A stretch of DNA of 44,321 bases from Hyphomicrobiales bacterium (GCA_002869085.1 PKTQ01000384.1:1-44321), one strand, 5' to 3'. Counted from the first letter of the stretch, positions 1-9,346 are shown. A program made the numbers and translations. The notes: generated from the sequence alone by a model not told the origin.

Positions 1-23
1 AAAGCGGCAACGGCAGCCCGGAT

Positions 24-99
<76 letters not shown>

Positions 100-197
100 A
101 TACTTTCAATAAGTTATTCTTTTTTAGCCGCTGAGGTTGATTTTACCAGCAACCAAACAGCAACCACTACGTTGAAAGCAACTCAAAACTCTGGCCA

Positions 198-452
198 TCA
201 GTCCAGAGCCCATCCCTGCCTGATCATCTCATCATAACTCTCAAATCTCACAATGCGATCATCATCATGAGAATGAATGACCCATTGCCGCTTGAGCACG
301 TCTTCATATCTGATATAGCCAAACTCCCCAGATAGAGATTTAAGGCAAAGCCCTTGTGGATGGCCAGGTACAAATTCGTACATCAAACAAGCCTGCTCCG
401 TTTCTATCAGTAACCTCTTTGACCATCTAGCGTTAATGTTGCTCATATCCAT
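198..452 (-). CDS. hypothetical small protein (84 aa from internal ATG)
   Basis: ORF 198..497. The start MDMSNINARW is preferred because an AGGGA Shine-Dalgarno-like motif lies ~7 nt upstream. No recognisable motif. Confidence 0.45.
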   Translation of the reverse strand: MDMSNINARWSKRLLIETEQACLMYEFVPGHPQGLCLKSLSGEFGYIRYEDVLKRQWVIHSHDDDRIVRFESYDEMIRQGWALD

Positions 453-717
453 ATAATCCCTGACTATTCGTATATACCAACCCCAACACACCCCCATTTA
501 TTCCATATAGATAGAGGTGGTGATTTATTTTATCACATATTTATAGATGGTACAACACTTTTCTATTGACTTAATATATTTTCTCATGTATATGTATATT
601 GTATTTATTTTTATTGACCACGCTTTCGTTCTTTTTGGTGGTTTATATAATCATAAAAACGCTAAATATATTGATGAGACAAACAAAAAAGGAGCAAAAA
701 AACCAAGGGTATTAAGA

Positions 718-933
718 ATGACAATTAATAATAATTTTTTGACACAAGACCAATTATCAGAATCTATTCATATCTCCCCAAGAACACTTGAAAGAATGAG
801 AGTCGATGGAACCGGGCCAGTTTATACAAAATTGGGCAGGAGAGTTGTCTATGAGGAAAGCGATATCGAGACTTGGATCAGTGAAAACAAATTTAAATCG
901 ACATCTGAGTATTCAGCTCATTGTGAAAAATAA
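718..933 (+). CDS. AlpA/excisionase-type helix-turn-helix protein (71 aa)
   Basis: LTQDQLSESIHISPRTLERMRVDGTGPVYTKLGRRVVYEESDIETWI matches the AlpA/Xis (HTH_17-like) pattern. The upstream 57 codons of ORF 547..933 are a low-complexity AT-rich extension and were discarded. Confidence 0.7.
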   Translation: MTINNNFLTQDQLSESIHISPRTLERMRVDGTGPVYTKLGRRVVYEESDIETWISENKFKSTSEYSAHCEK

Positions 934-1037
934 GAAAAAAGATGGAAAAATTGAAAAATTGAAAAAATGTGAAAAATTGAAAGATATGTGAAAAATGAGA
1001 AAAATATACGAAAAAACAATGATGTAAATTGAAAAAT
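922..1037. repeat. iteron-like / phased A-tract array, at least 8 copies of (T/G)GAAAAAT
   Basis: Copies at about 922, 943, 951, 960, 969, 988, 996 and 1029, spaced 8-10 nt apart, between the AlpA-like gene and the Rep-like gene. Confidence 0.6.
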
Positions 1038-1309
1038 AGCAACAAAAACAGAAAATTATACTTTTTGAAAAAGCGATCGATTTTTTAAAAATTATAATAA
1101 CTGAGGGATTGTCGAGCTCAGATCCCCAAAACTCAAATGATATTCATCAATAGATAATTTGTGAGTGCTTCGCTCCTGTTATTTTATAATATCATTCATC
1201 GCCAATATTTTTGGCATTAAACCTACTTTGACGGATTTATTGATTTATATCCGATTGAATAATTATATACACAGCTTATTTTATAGAAGTGGAAATCTTG
1301 AGAATTAAA

Positions 1310-2038
1310 ATGAAAAAGAATCTTATATATCAGAATTACAATAATTATGCAGTGGATTTATTGATGTACAAAATGTTACATGATAATTATTTATTTACAT
1401 TTGATCATGAATTTATAGAAGAATATCTTAGCATTCTATCTGTTCGTGATTTTGATGAGCATTTTGAAAAATACCTATTCTTACAAACTACTCATTTCAG
1501 ATTTAGCGGTAACAGCGTAACCAAACACAACATAAACCACTACTCAGATATGGCGTTCAACGCCTATGGGAATTTCTATAAAGGTTTTTGTAAAAAGCTG
1601 TTGGGAGATAGATTCAACAAAAGGATTCACCTACAGCCCCTATCTATAACATCCCTTGATGTGGCAGGCACGAGGGATCACAGACAATCACCAGGGTTTT
1701 CTCTTCCTCACCTGCATTCCCTTGTCCTAGCGCACCCCAAGACAATTGTTAATTTCAACGACCTGATAAACTGCGAACATAAAGGAAATGACCCACTAAT
1801 TGAGAAAGTTGAATTCAGACCGTATGTAAAAACCGTTGATGGGATTCGAGCGCCAGTTTCCTATTGTAATAAATTTGCCAGAAATCAATTAAAATCCAAT
1901 CTGATAGATAATGCACACACGGTATATCCCAACATATATAAATTAAAGGAATTTCATTTTAAATATATTGATATTTACAAGGATCTAATTGGTTTTTATA
2001 ATAATGATGACCTCTCCTCTATTAAGATGGCAGCATGA
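1310..2038 (+). CDS. putative HUH-type rolling-circle replication initiator-like protein (242 aa)
   Basis: Ordered motifs with typical spacing: LSITSLDV (motif I-like uuTu), PHLHSLVL (HUH, nt 1709-1717), SYCNKF (YxxK, nt 1862-1873). ATG at 1310 preferred over GTG at 1289. Iteron-like array lies upstream. Confidence 0.55.
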   Translation: MKKNLIYQNYNNYAVDLLMYKMLHDNYLFTFDHEFIEEYLSILSVRDFDEHFEKYLFLQTTHFRFSGNSVTKHNINHYSDMAFNAYGNFYKGFCKKLLGDRFNKRIHLQPLSITSLDVAGTRDHRQSPGFSLPHLHSLVLAHPKTIVNFNDLINCEHKGNDPLIEKVEFRPYVKTVDGIRAPVSYCNKFARNQLKSNLIDNAHTVYPNIYKLKEFHFKYIDIYKDLIGFYNNDDLSSIKMAA

Positions 2039-2456
2039 ATAATATTTTTCACTGAATTTCTATTCTGTTGTTATCTTCGATTTTCGTGATATTCTGAGAC
2101 ACAAATGTCGATTTTGGGCGGGAAGCAGACTTTTGCTGCACCGGACATGAATGTCCGTTCTCACAATGGTCTCGGACGAAAAATTTAAGGGTTGAATTTG
2201 TGCTGTTGACCCGAGGCAGATAATTGGCATAGTTCCTTGAACTAGGTGTTTGATGACCAACTTAAAAATGTCCCTCATCGGACTTACATCTTACATTATT
2301 TGTGGCGGTCGAACCAAGCATGCAACGTTGTACATCAGGTCTGTGTGATTTCATTCTGATGTAGTCAGCGGAAATTTTTTCATGCCAATGGAAAACCACA
2401 CCTCAAATCCCTCCAAGTCATATTGGTAGATCAGCCCGATATCAACTTTGGAGGAC

Positions 2457-3236
2457 ATGATGATTAAGAAAACACTTGGTTTCCTATTTGGCGTAGCAGC
2501 CATCATTATAGCAAGTACTGTTTTGGCGAACACCTTTTATCCCCAACGCCTGGAAGCCATCGGCGCCTATCTAACAGCTAAAACTTTTGGTTGGGACGAG
2601 CAAACCTGTGGTTTTTACCCCGTGCAATGCCTGCAGGGTAAATATCGGATGCTTTCCGATACAGAGCGACGCCTGAGCGAAGCCATTGAGATGCTGAAGA
2701 CGGAAGAAGCGCGTGCCAAAAACCTGGTCTCCGAACAGAACTTGCTCAAGCAAAAAAACATGAGCTATCTGAAAAGTGGCCGTGAAGTCTATCTTGCAAA
2801 CGCTTCCAATCCGGATCACTCAGTTGAATTTGCAGGCCGGACATATCCGAACTTAAACAAGCTTAAATTGCAGCTAAAACTGCTTTTCTCGGAAAAGGTC
2901 CAGTTGGCCGAAAGCGCCAAAAAAGCTGCCCAGCTGGAAAAGAGGCTACGCAAGAAGTGGGAAGCATTAATGATCAGGCAGGCAGGTGTGCGTGCCGAAC
3001 GACAGATGATCCCGGGTAAGGTTGCTCTGGTCCGTGGCAATTCAACACTGGTGAATATAAGTGAAAACATCTCCATGATCGATGATCTGGTGGATAAGAG
3101 CGAAGATGGCTTGAAAGGGGCAGAAACTCTTATCGGCACCACTAAGGATCTGATGAAGTCGGAAAGCAGAATTGGAGATGACGACGCGGATCATGATGAC
3201 TTCGAAGCCTTTCTCACCAACCCAAAAGTGCAGTAA
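2457..3236 (+). CDS. N-terminally membrane-anchored coiled-coil protein (PspA/IM30-like appearance, low confidence)
   Basis: GGAGG 4 nt upstream of ATG 2457. TM segment LGFLFGVAAIIIASTVLA, then long heptad-like helical sequence and an acidic C-terminus. Confidence 0.7.
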   Translation: MMIKKTLGFLFGVAAIIIASTVLANTFYPQRLEAIGAYLTAKTFGWDEQTCGFYPVQCLQGKYRMLSDTERRLSEAIEMLKTEEARAKNLVSEQNLLKQKNMSYLKSGREVYLANASNPDHSVEFAGRTYPNLNKLKLQLKLLFSEKVQLAESAKKAAQLEKRLRKKWEALMIRQAGVRAERQMIPGKVALVRGNSTLVNISENISMIDDLVDKSEDGLKGAETLIGTTKDLMKSESRIGDDDADHDDFEAFLTNPKVQ

Positions 3237-3295
3237 AATAAGGCTGTGTGGGTGGGTGTGTTTGCACCCGCCCATGCGAGCTACCCGGAGATTGC

Positions 3296-4243
3296 ATGAT
3301 GCTGGATGAAATATATTGGTACGGAATTGGTTGGGCAAAGTTAAAAGGGAGTCTCGTAAAAACGGCAGTGGCACATGGTTCAGATTTTCTCAACCAGCTG
3401 GCAGCATACGAAGATCCTGATAAAGCAGCGCGTTCATTCTTGGAGAAATATCGTCAAGAAATTCAGAAACTATCTCGTCAATTTAAACATAACAATATGT
3501 GGTCAATTGCGCTGGGTTTGCTCTTCGATGATGATCGTTTCGTGAAAGGAGTGTTGAGAGATCTGAAAGCCCTGTCCGGAGAGAAATTAAAACGTGATGG
3601 CTCGAAACTCGAGGCCGAACAGGCATTTGGTAGATTCGTCACATACTATCTGCTCGACTCCATTCAGGCACTCGATCCAAAAGCTGCCTACCAGCACAAA
3701 AAATGGCGCCGAATAAGAAAACTAAGCAAGGAAATCGAGAGAGAGGGATTTCCATTTGGCCCTGGTGAACGCTGTGCGGACGAGCACATTTCGCAAGTGC
3801 TTGATCGAATTCAAATGGATTTTCCGGATGATCACAACCTTCCTAAAACATTTGAAGGTATCAAAAAATATTTTTACCGCTATTGCGACGATTGTGGGTA
3901 TCCCTCAGCGCAGGAAGTGGGATGGCTCATGTCAGATACAGGATACGCTCCAGACGCTACTGAGTGTGTCGACCACCTCTACCGTCGCGAACCTGAACTC
4001 GCTGAAGCGGTAATGGTGAAATGCGGCTATGTCCTCCCGAACACTGGGTCAATGACAGCCGAGAATTACCGCGAAGAAAACAAACTATCCTTGGGAGAAT
4101 TCAGAAAGCGGATCAAGCAGGCCTTGGAGAAATTACGGGAGTGCGTACTACGGGCCATCTTCGTAAAAAACCGCAATGTTTTGAATTTCGAAGACTACGC
4201 CAAGGCAATTGCCCGCGAGAATGGAGATCGCCATGACAGATGA
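3296..4243 (+). CDS. hypothetical soluble protein (315 aa)
   Basis: GGAG 5-8 nt upstream of ATGATG at 3296. Co-directional with its neighbours. No motif recognised. Confidence 0.65.
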   Translation: MMLDEIYWYGIGWAKLKGSLVKTAVAHGSDFLNQLAAYEDPDKAARSFLEKYRQEIQKLSRQFKHNNMWSIALGLLFDDDRFVKGVLRDLKALSGEKLKRDGSKLEAEQAFGRFVTYYLLDSIQALDPKAAYQHKKWRRIRKLSKEIEREGFPFGPGERCADEHISQVLDRIQMDFPDDHNLPKTFEGIKKYFYRYCDDCGYPSAQEVGWLMSDTGYAPDATECVDHLYRREPELAEAVMVKCGYVLPNTGSMTAENYREENKLSLGEFRKRIKQALEKLRECVLRAIFVKNRNVLNFEDYAKAIARENGDRHDR

Positions 4244-4784
4244 TAAGAAAAGCTTGTCACTTTTAGCTATGATCCTGGCCGATCAGCCTGAAACATCAGA
4301 TGTAGCCGACATTTCCCAGGCTCGTATGTATGAAGCCTTGACCAGCGGTCCTACCTTCACTGAACAGGAGAAACAGAGTCTTTGGCTTTCCCCTACGATC
4401 CGGAATACCTATTTTGGACTCAAGAGGAAAATACTTGCCGAACAGCAAGCGCGGATCCAAGAGGCCGGTGTCAATATGCACGCGTTTCCCAAGGCTGCGG
4501 CGGCTGAAGCAAAGGAATTCATTGTAGAAGCTGACGACTTCAAGGTGATTGTTATCCAGTCTAAGGTGGACAAAAACATCTGGTACCTCACGCTCCAGCT
4601 AAAAAAGAAAATGAGAGGTGCAATTTACCCAATGTCTACCATCTCCCTCGTTGATAGTGAAGGGCTTGAATGGCTTTCAGGACGCCCTGATAAACATGGT
4701 GAAACCAATCAGATCTGGCCACACAAGGGGATTTCTCCCGATCAACTGATTGGCAAAGTATCTCTCGAGATCAATGCGTTATGA
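4233..4784 (+). CDS. hypothetical protein (183 aa)
   Basis: ATG 4233 preceded by GGAG. Overlaps the stop of the upstream gene by 11 nt, which suggests translational coupling. Confidence 0.6.
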   Translation: MTDDKKSLSLLAMILADQPETSDVADISQARMYEALTSGPTFTEQEKQSLWLSPTIRNTYFGLKRKILAEQQARIQEAGVNMHAFPKAAAAEAKEFIVEADDFKVIVIQSKVDKNIWYLTLQLKKKMRGAIYPMSTISLVDSEGLEWLSGRPDKHGETNQIWPHKGISPDQLIGKVSLEINAL

Positions 4785-4806
4785 GCAGTTGGAAGTGAGG
4801 ACCACC

Positions 4807-7542
4807 ATGATCAATATTAGCGAGCGGATGCACGCAAACAGAGATTTGATTGGTAGAGTTGAATATGAGCTAAGAGAGGGATTGAAAACGTTAGTGGAAT
4901 TTCGCTTGCGAAGGAAATTCAAAGAGAACTGGAAAAAGGAAGTTGATGATATTCTAGGAGGGAATAGTGCAAATAAAAATACGGTCTATGTATCTCGCGA
5001 TCCAGTTGGGGACCTTCAATGGGATTGCACGGCTCTACTAAAGATAATCCAAAAGAGATCCTGGGAAATATTTCCAAACAAGCTGCAAAATGAAGCAAGA
5101 GACCTAGCGTATAATTTACGAAAATATCGCAATGATGAACCCGGCCATGAAAAGACTAGGCGTATTAATTATTCAAATGCAAGGGTCAACAAAACCATCA
5201 ACATGACAATCGAGCTGCTGGAGTTGGTCAAGCAGGCCTCTATAGCCTTCAGCTGCCAGTACGGTGGCATTGACGCGGAAAAGGCAATCAAAGAAATCGA
5301 GAGGCATGTCGAAGAACTCAAAAACAGGCGGAGAAACAATGCTGAAAACACAGGAGACAGCGCCAACGCTACTCCAAAAGATACCGAGCACCAAAAAGAA
5401 GGTTTGAATTCACCAGAAGAAAGTCCAAATCGGAAAGAGTATCGGAGCTCTGCCTTTATTACGAAACAACATGAAAAAGGAGCTGTTCTCTTTACGATAG
5501 TAGAAGCCGGAACACCTTTTTATGGCTCAATCTGGTGCGAAGTAATTGAGCGCGACGAACAGGTTAATCATAACGTCCGAGCGTTTGGTCCAGATGAGAA
5601 TTTGGAACAGATCGTGGTCGACGCTAGATGGAAGGAAACTAGGGGGAGGCACACCGGATTTGACAAGTTTGTTTATGCGTATTTTGATCCACGCAGTTTT
5701 ACCGGGAGAAGTTGTGGGCTCGCTCTTGCCATCGCCGACAAAAGGGCGCGCTATGATCCCGAAAACCTTCTGGATATCCCTGTCCTTGTCGCCACCGGAG
5801 ACTTGCCGATCGACGGTCATGGAAAGGTGATCGGTATAAATCACTTCAAAGAAAAGCTGAGCCTTGTTGATGATACCCTGAAAGTGCCGGCTCAGTTCAT
5901 TTTTCCGAAGGCGAATCGACCGCGGCAGGGCACTGAAGAATTCAGCATACTTGAACGCATCAAGGCTAAAGGTATCATTTGCCGTCCTGTTGAGAATATC
6001 AATAATCTGTCAGATCTTTGGACAGCACCTGAAGACAGAGCCAAGACAGACGACAAGACTAAAACCCACAAGCCTCATGAGATCTCAACATCTGAGTCTT
6101 TGGACGTGAAGGCCCATCCATTTTCCAAATATGCCTGGGTGGGTATGGCTGCTGGAGTTCTCGGTATTGGGGTCGTCACGCTACTGGCAGATCGCTGGAT
6201 GTCATTTCTCCCCGATCCCGTCGCTGAAGCAGCGCGAACGGAAAGACTGACAGCAATTGAAAACGCCTACAGCCATGTGACTGCTATTTCTGCGAAATCT
6301 TGCAATGATCTTGTCTCAGCCGTTGATCGACTGACGCTGGAGGATAGCGGTTACCTCAATCAGAGCCACAAGAAGGCGATAAGCCAAAGCGATGACTGTC
6401 GAGCCAGGCTGAAGCAAAGCCAGTCTGTTCTGGCGAGCTTGATGGCAAGCGTTAAACAGGCCGGCACTCAGCCCAATCCGGATAGCGATATCAAAGTGGT
6501 TGAAATTTTAGCTAAGCTTGATTTTGTCGATCCTGCGTCTCTCACTGCCGGACAGGGCAATGCCTATAAATACGCCCAGGGCGCAAAAGGCCGTGTCGAA
6601 GAGGCACGTACGCTCATCAAGGCACTGGGGCCATTGCAGACCGTTGATGAACGGTCCACAGCGAAAGCCTGCCAGGACGTACTCGCTGCCAATCAGAAAC
6701 TGGACCAATATGGCCAGCAGTATCTTAAGCACTCCGGATACGATATGGAATCTTCTGTGCGCCTCTGTAACCAGATGGCGATCGCCAGTGCCGAGCGCAT
6801 CGCCAGGCTTGAATCAGCCATTGCAGCGGCAAAGAAGAGACCAACTCTTGAGAGCTATTCACAAATGATCGAGGTATATGACGGGCTCAAGATCTATGAT
6901 AGGTCGCACCTTGAAACCGGCGTGACTCAATTTGTTGAGACAGGCAAATTGAGCCACAGGCAATACAGGATGCAGCTGGAAGGCCTGAACAAGACCCTGA
7001 GGGCCTGGAGGTCCAAACCGGCGTCAGCCACGCTGTTTGAGGTGATCTCATCATTGGACAGGCTCCTTGCTTCCGAACGGGAAGGTATCGCTTCAGGAAA
7101 CCTGCAAACAGTCAAGGATGCAATGGCCGTTCGTACGAGGGCCAACAGGAAAGCTAACGCAATCCAAAAGGGTGAAATTTCCAGTCTGCGCTGGTTTGTT
7201 CGTGATATTGATGGTGCTGACATTCCAAACGGCTTAGCCGGCTCCTTAAGACGCTTGTTGCATCAGTCAGGCCTGAAACTGGCACAGAACATTGACGACA
7301 GCGATATTGCCATAACCGTATCTTTATCTATGCGCTCGGCGCTCACGAATGTCGGTCAGGTCAATGTTCATGGCGCCATCGTGAATCTAAATATGCAAGC
7401 GGCCTGGACCGTCGACAACGAAGTTCTGTTCATAGAGAACGGCTCAGCCAATGGCACAAGCACGCTGAGTGCTGAGAGAGCGAGAGACCAAGCCTACCAG
7501 AAAGTGATGGAGAAGGTTGTGTCGGTTCTATCAGAGAGGTGA
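4807..7542 (+). CDS. multidomain protein: N-terminal HEPN-like domain + Lon (S16)-like protease domain + one TM helix + ~440-aa helical C-terminal region
   Basis: HEPN Rx4-6H motif YRNDEPGH (nt 5128-5148) preceded by LLKIIQKRSWEIF (Swt1-like HEPN look). Lon-like Ser/Lys dyad context FTGRSCGLALAIA (nt 5704-5718) ... VLVATGDLPIDGHGKVIGINHFKEKL (Lys ~5848-5856) ... FIFPKAN. TM helix AWVGMAAGVLGIGVVTLLA (~6133-6190). Confidence 0.75.
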   Translation: MINISERMHANRDLIGRVEYELREGLKTLVEFRLRRKFKENWKKEVDDILGGNSANKNTVYVSRDPVGDLQWDCTALLKIIQKRSWEIFPNKLQNEARDLAYNLRKYRNDEPGHEKTRRINYSNARVNKTINMTIELLELVKQASIAFSCQYGGIDAEKAIKEIERHVEELKNRRRNNAENTGDSANATPKDTEHQKEGLNSPEESPNRKEYRSSAFITKQHEKGAVLFTIVEAGTPFYGSIWCEVIERDEQVNHNVRAFGPDENLEQIVVDARWKETRGRHTGFDKFVYAYFDPRSFTGRSCGLALAIADKRARYDPENLLDIPVLVATGDLPIDGHGKVIGINHFKEKLSLVDDTLKVPAQFIFPKANRPRQGTEEFSILERIKAKGIICRPVENINNLSDLWTAPEDRAKTDDKTKTHKPHEISTSESLDVKAHPFSKYAWVGMAAGVLGIGVVTLLADRWMSFLPDPVAEAARTERLTAIENAYSHVTAISAKSCNDLVSAVDRLTLEDSGYLNQSHKKAISQSDDCRARLKQSQSVLASLMASVKQAGTQPNPDSDIKVVEILAKLDFVDPASLTAGQGNAYKYAQGAKGRVEEARTLIKALGPLQTVDERSTAKACQDVLAANQKLDQYGQQYLKHSGYDMESSVRLCNQMAIASAERIARLESAIAAAKKRPTLESYSQMIEVYDGLKIYDRSHLETGVTQFVETGKLSHRQYRMQLEGLNKTLRAWRSKPASATLFEVISSLDRLLASEREGIASGNLQTVKDAMAVRTRANRKANAIQKGEISSLRWFVRDIDGADIPNGLAGSLRRLLHQSGLKLAQNIDDSDIAITVSLSMRSALTNVGQVNVHGAIVNLNMQAAWTVDNEVLFIENGSANGTSTLSAERARDQAYQKVMEKVVSVLSER

Positions 7543-7685
7543 GGTCGGCGAGAATAAATCATTGTCGCCATTATCTTCGGTGAAGGAAGATGGGAATCAA
7601 GGTAAACGTAAGGAAAAATCCCATCTAATCACTATTTATGTTTCGATGTAGGTGTGCCGAAAAGCAAGTTTAAAGGAAAAATGCA

Positions 7686-8756
7686 ATGAATCCGATTATT
7701 ACTAAAATTAAGAATGCCTACCTTATAATAATATATATTATTTCATTTACTTCAATATCAATTACTATTATGATATTCACCACGTTATCTTCAAGGGCGC
7801 AAAACATCAACAATTCCATATACGATATTATCTCACAGCTTCAGCGCGGCAATGTTAAAACCGTAGCGGTACTTAACTTCGTTGACGTAAGGGGGCGTGT
7901 TAGAGCCCTTGGTAAATACCTTGCTGAGGAACTGTCGATTACGCTGGTCAAAAGTCAAGATACAATCAAAGTCATAGACCGCGGGAATCTCAACCGTTTA
8001 TTGGATGAGCTGAATCTGTCTGAGTCCGGCCTGATAAATCCTGAGAACGCTAAAAAACTAAGTAACATATCTGGGATAGATGCCCTCATTTTTGGCAGCA
8101 TAGTTCCTACGGGCGATAGCTATCGGTTGCAGTTGAGAGGGATCTCCGTTGGTACGGCTGAAGTGATTGCGGCTGCGGGCTTGGATATAAGGGGTGCGGA
8201 ACACCTGAAAGCCTTGTGGAGAGATATTGTATCCTTGAATAATAGTTACGCCATCAAATCCAAAGATGGGTCAATGGCCGCTGAATCAGGCATATCCAGG
8301 AATGATCATGTTAAATATAATGAAAGGTTGCAAGTTAATTTGATAAACCTATCGAGGTCACAGAAAATTGTTTACGGCCAGAAGTTTTACTCTTTGAACT
8401 CAACATTTTCTGTTAAGAACTTGGAGAATAAACCCGTTGAGATCATATTCGTGAATAAATATTACTTAATGTATCAGGATCTATCAGGTCTAACATGCTC
8501 TCCCACCAGCGACTGGGGACGAATTGAGACCAACCTGGGAAAAGCGAGTTCCGCATCTGCTTTCGGCTACGGCAAAGGACAGATGATTGGTCCTGGTGAG
8601 GAATTTATGGTCGTTGTGAAGAGTTTAAATTGCCCAGCCCCAGCAAAACAGGGTAAGGGTAATTTTTCTATAAAAATGCTTTCGAAGAACGAATCAAATC
8701 GAACATTTCAGGAAAGCTTTAACTTCAGAGATATTGAGTTAACAGGAACTCACTAA
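7686..8756 (+). CDS. membrane-anchored protein with CsgG/FlgO/LpoB-like domain
   Basis: N-terminal TM YLIIIYIISFTSISITIMIFTTL, then VAVLNFVDVRG..LGKYLAEELSITLV..VIDRGNLNRLLDELNLSESGL..GIDALIFGSIV, which is the pattern of the CsgG/FlgO/LpoB fold. The C-terminal ~170 aa are unassigned. Confidence 0.7.
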   Translation: MNPIITKIKNAYLIIIYIISFTSISITIMIFTTLSSRAQNINNSIYDIISQLQRGNVKTVAVLNFVDVRGRVRALGKYLAEELSITLVKSQDTIKVIDRGNLNRLLDELNLSESGLINPENAKKLSNISGIDALIFGSIVPTGDSYRLQLRGISVGTAEVIAAAGLDIRGAEHLKALWRDIVSLNNSYAIKSKDGSMAAESGISRNDHVKYNERLQVNLINLSRSQKIVYGQKFYSLNSTFSVKNLENKPVEIIFVNKYYLMYQDLSGLTCSPTSDWGRIETNLGKASSASAFGYGKGQMIGPGEEFMVVVKSLNCPAPAKQGKGNFSIKMLSKNESNRTFQESFNFRDIELTGTH

Positions 8757-9103
8757 AGGCAAATTGGCTGGTTAGTCAGATCTCGATGAGTTCGGGTATT
8801 AGCGCGATTTAAGGGAAGCTTGACTTTATCGAAACTGTCAATCGGCATTGAATGTTGACCCCTGGATCGCTGCCGCGGGTAAAAGCATGGCCGCCTCCTT
8901 CGCTCGTGGCGTTATGAGGGATCACAATGCCGTTAAAGCCGCAATCACAGAGCCATAGTCGAACGGACAGACCTAAGGTCAGGTAAACAGGTTGAAAGTG
9001 GTCAAGCGTCAAATGTATGGGTGCTCTGAAGCCTGGAATCTCCGCCATTTCTGATTAGAGTTTTTCGCTGTCATTTCCCTGGCTGGGATAAGGAGCGGAA
9101 GCG

Positions 9104-9250
9104 ATGAAAGCATCGAGGTTCACGGACGCACAGAAGGCGTTCATCATCAAACAGGGCGAGGACGGCACGCCAGTGGCAGAGATTTGCCGCAAGGCGGGGA
9201 TCAGTCAGGCGACCTATTTCAACTGGAAGAAGAAATATGCCGGCCTGCTT
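9104..9250 (+). pseudogene. IS3-family transposase OrfA, N-terminal remnant
   Basis: MKASRFTDAQKAFIIKQGEDGTPVAEICRKAGISQATYFNWKKKYAGL is a typical IS3/IS407-type OrfA HTH. Homology stops after ~49 aa and no OrfB follows. Confidence 0.7.
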
Positions 9251-9346
9251 CGCCTGAGCTACGCAATGGCTCCGCTCAGCAGGCCTTGACGGAAACCAAA
9301 TCAACGGAAATAAACGTGAACGGATTTTACTAGCAAATGGCCCGGA

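Noticed and set aside
146-160. ACCAGCAAC(C)AAAC occurs near both island ends (146-160 and ~27139-27153) and might mark integrase arm sites
   Set aside because: Only ~13 nt match, with one indel. That is too short to separate from chance without footprinting or conservation data.
547-717. N-terminal 57 codons of ORF 547..933
   Set aside because: This is a low-complexity hydrophobic translation of AT-rich DNA. AlpA-family proteins are ~60-75 aa, and an internal ATG at 718 gives the canonical length.
922-1037. Short tandem GAAAAAT-type repeats that might be mistaken for a CRISPR array
   Set aside because: The units are 8-10 nt with no unique spacers. This is an iteron/A-tract array, not CRISPR. 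No CRISPR-like repeat-spacer structure was seen anywhere in the window.
2140-2157. The 15-nt string ACCGGACATGAATGT is shared with 36323-36337, and 2142-2157 holds a 7-bp-arm palindrome CGGACAT-GA-ATGTCCG
   Set aside because: One or two identical 15-mers are expected by chance in 44 kb on two strands. The palindrome lies ~300 nt upstream of the operon, so it cannot be assigned as an operator from sequence alone.
2060-2533. Minus-strand ORFs 2060..2278 and 2351..2533
   Set aside because: They have no RBS and no recognisable motif, and they lie in the intergenic/promoter region of the plus-strand operon. They are probably non-coding.
8809-9048. 79-aa minus-strand ORF next to the IS3 OrfA remnant
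   Set aside because: I could not match it to any transposase or other family. It lies in IS debris. Treated as unsupported.
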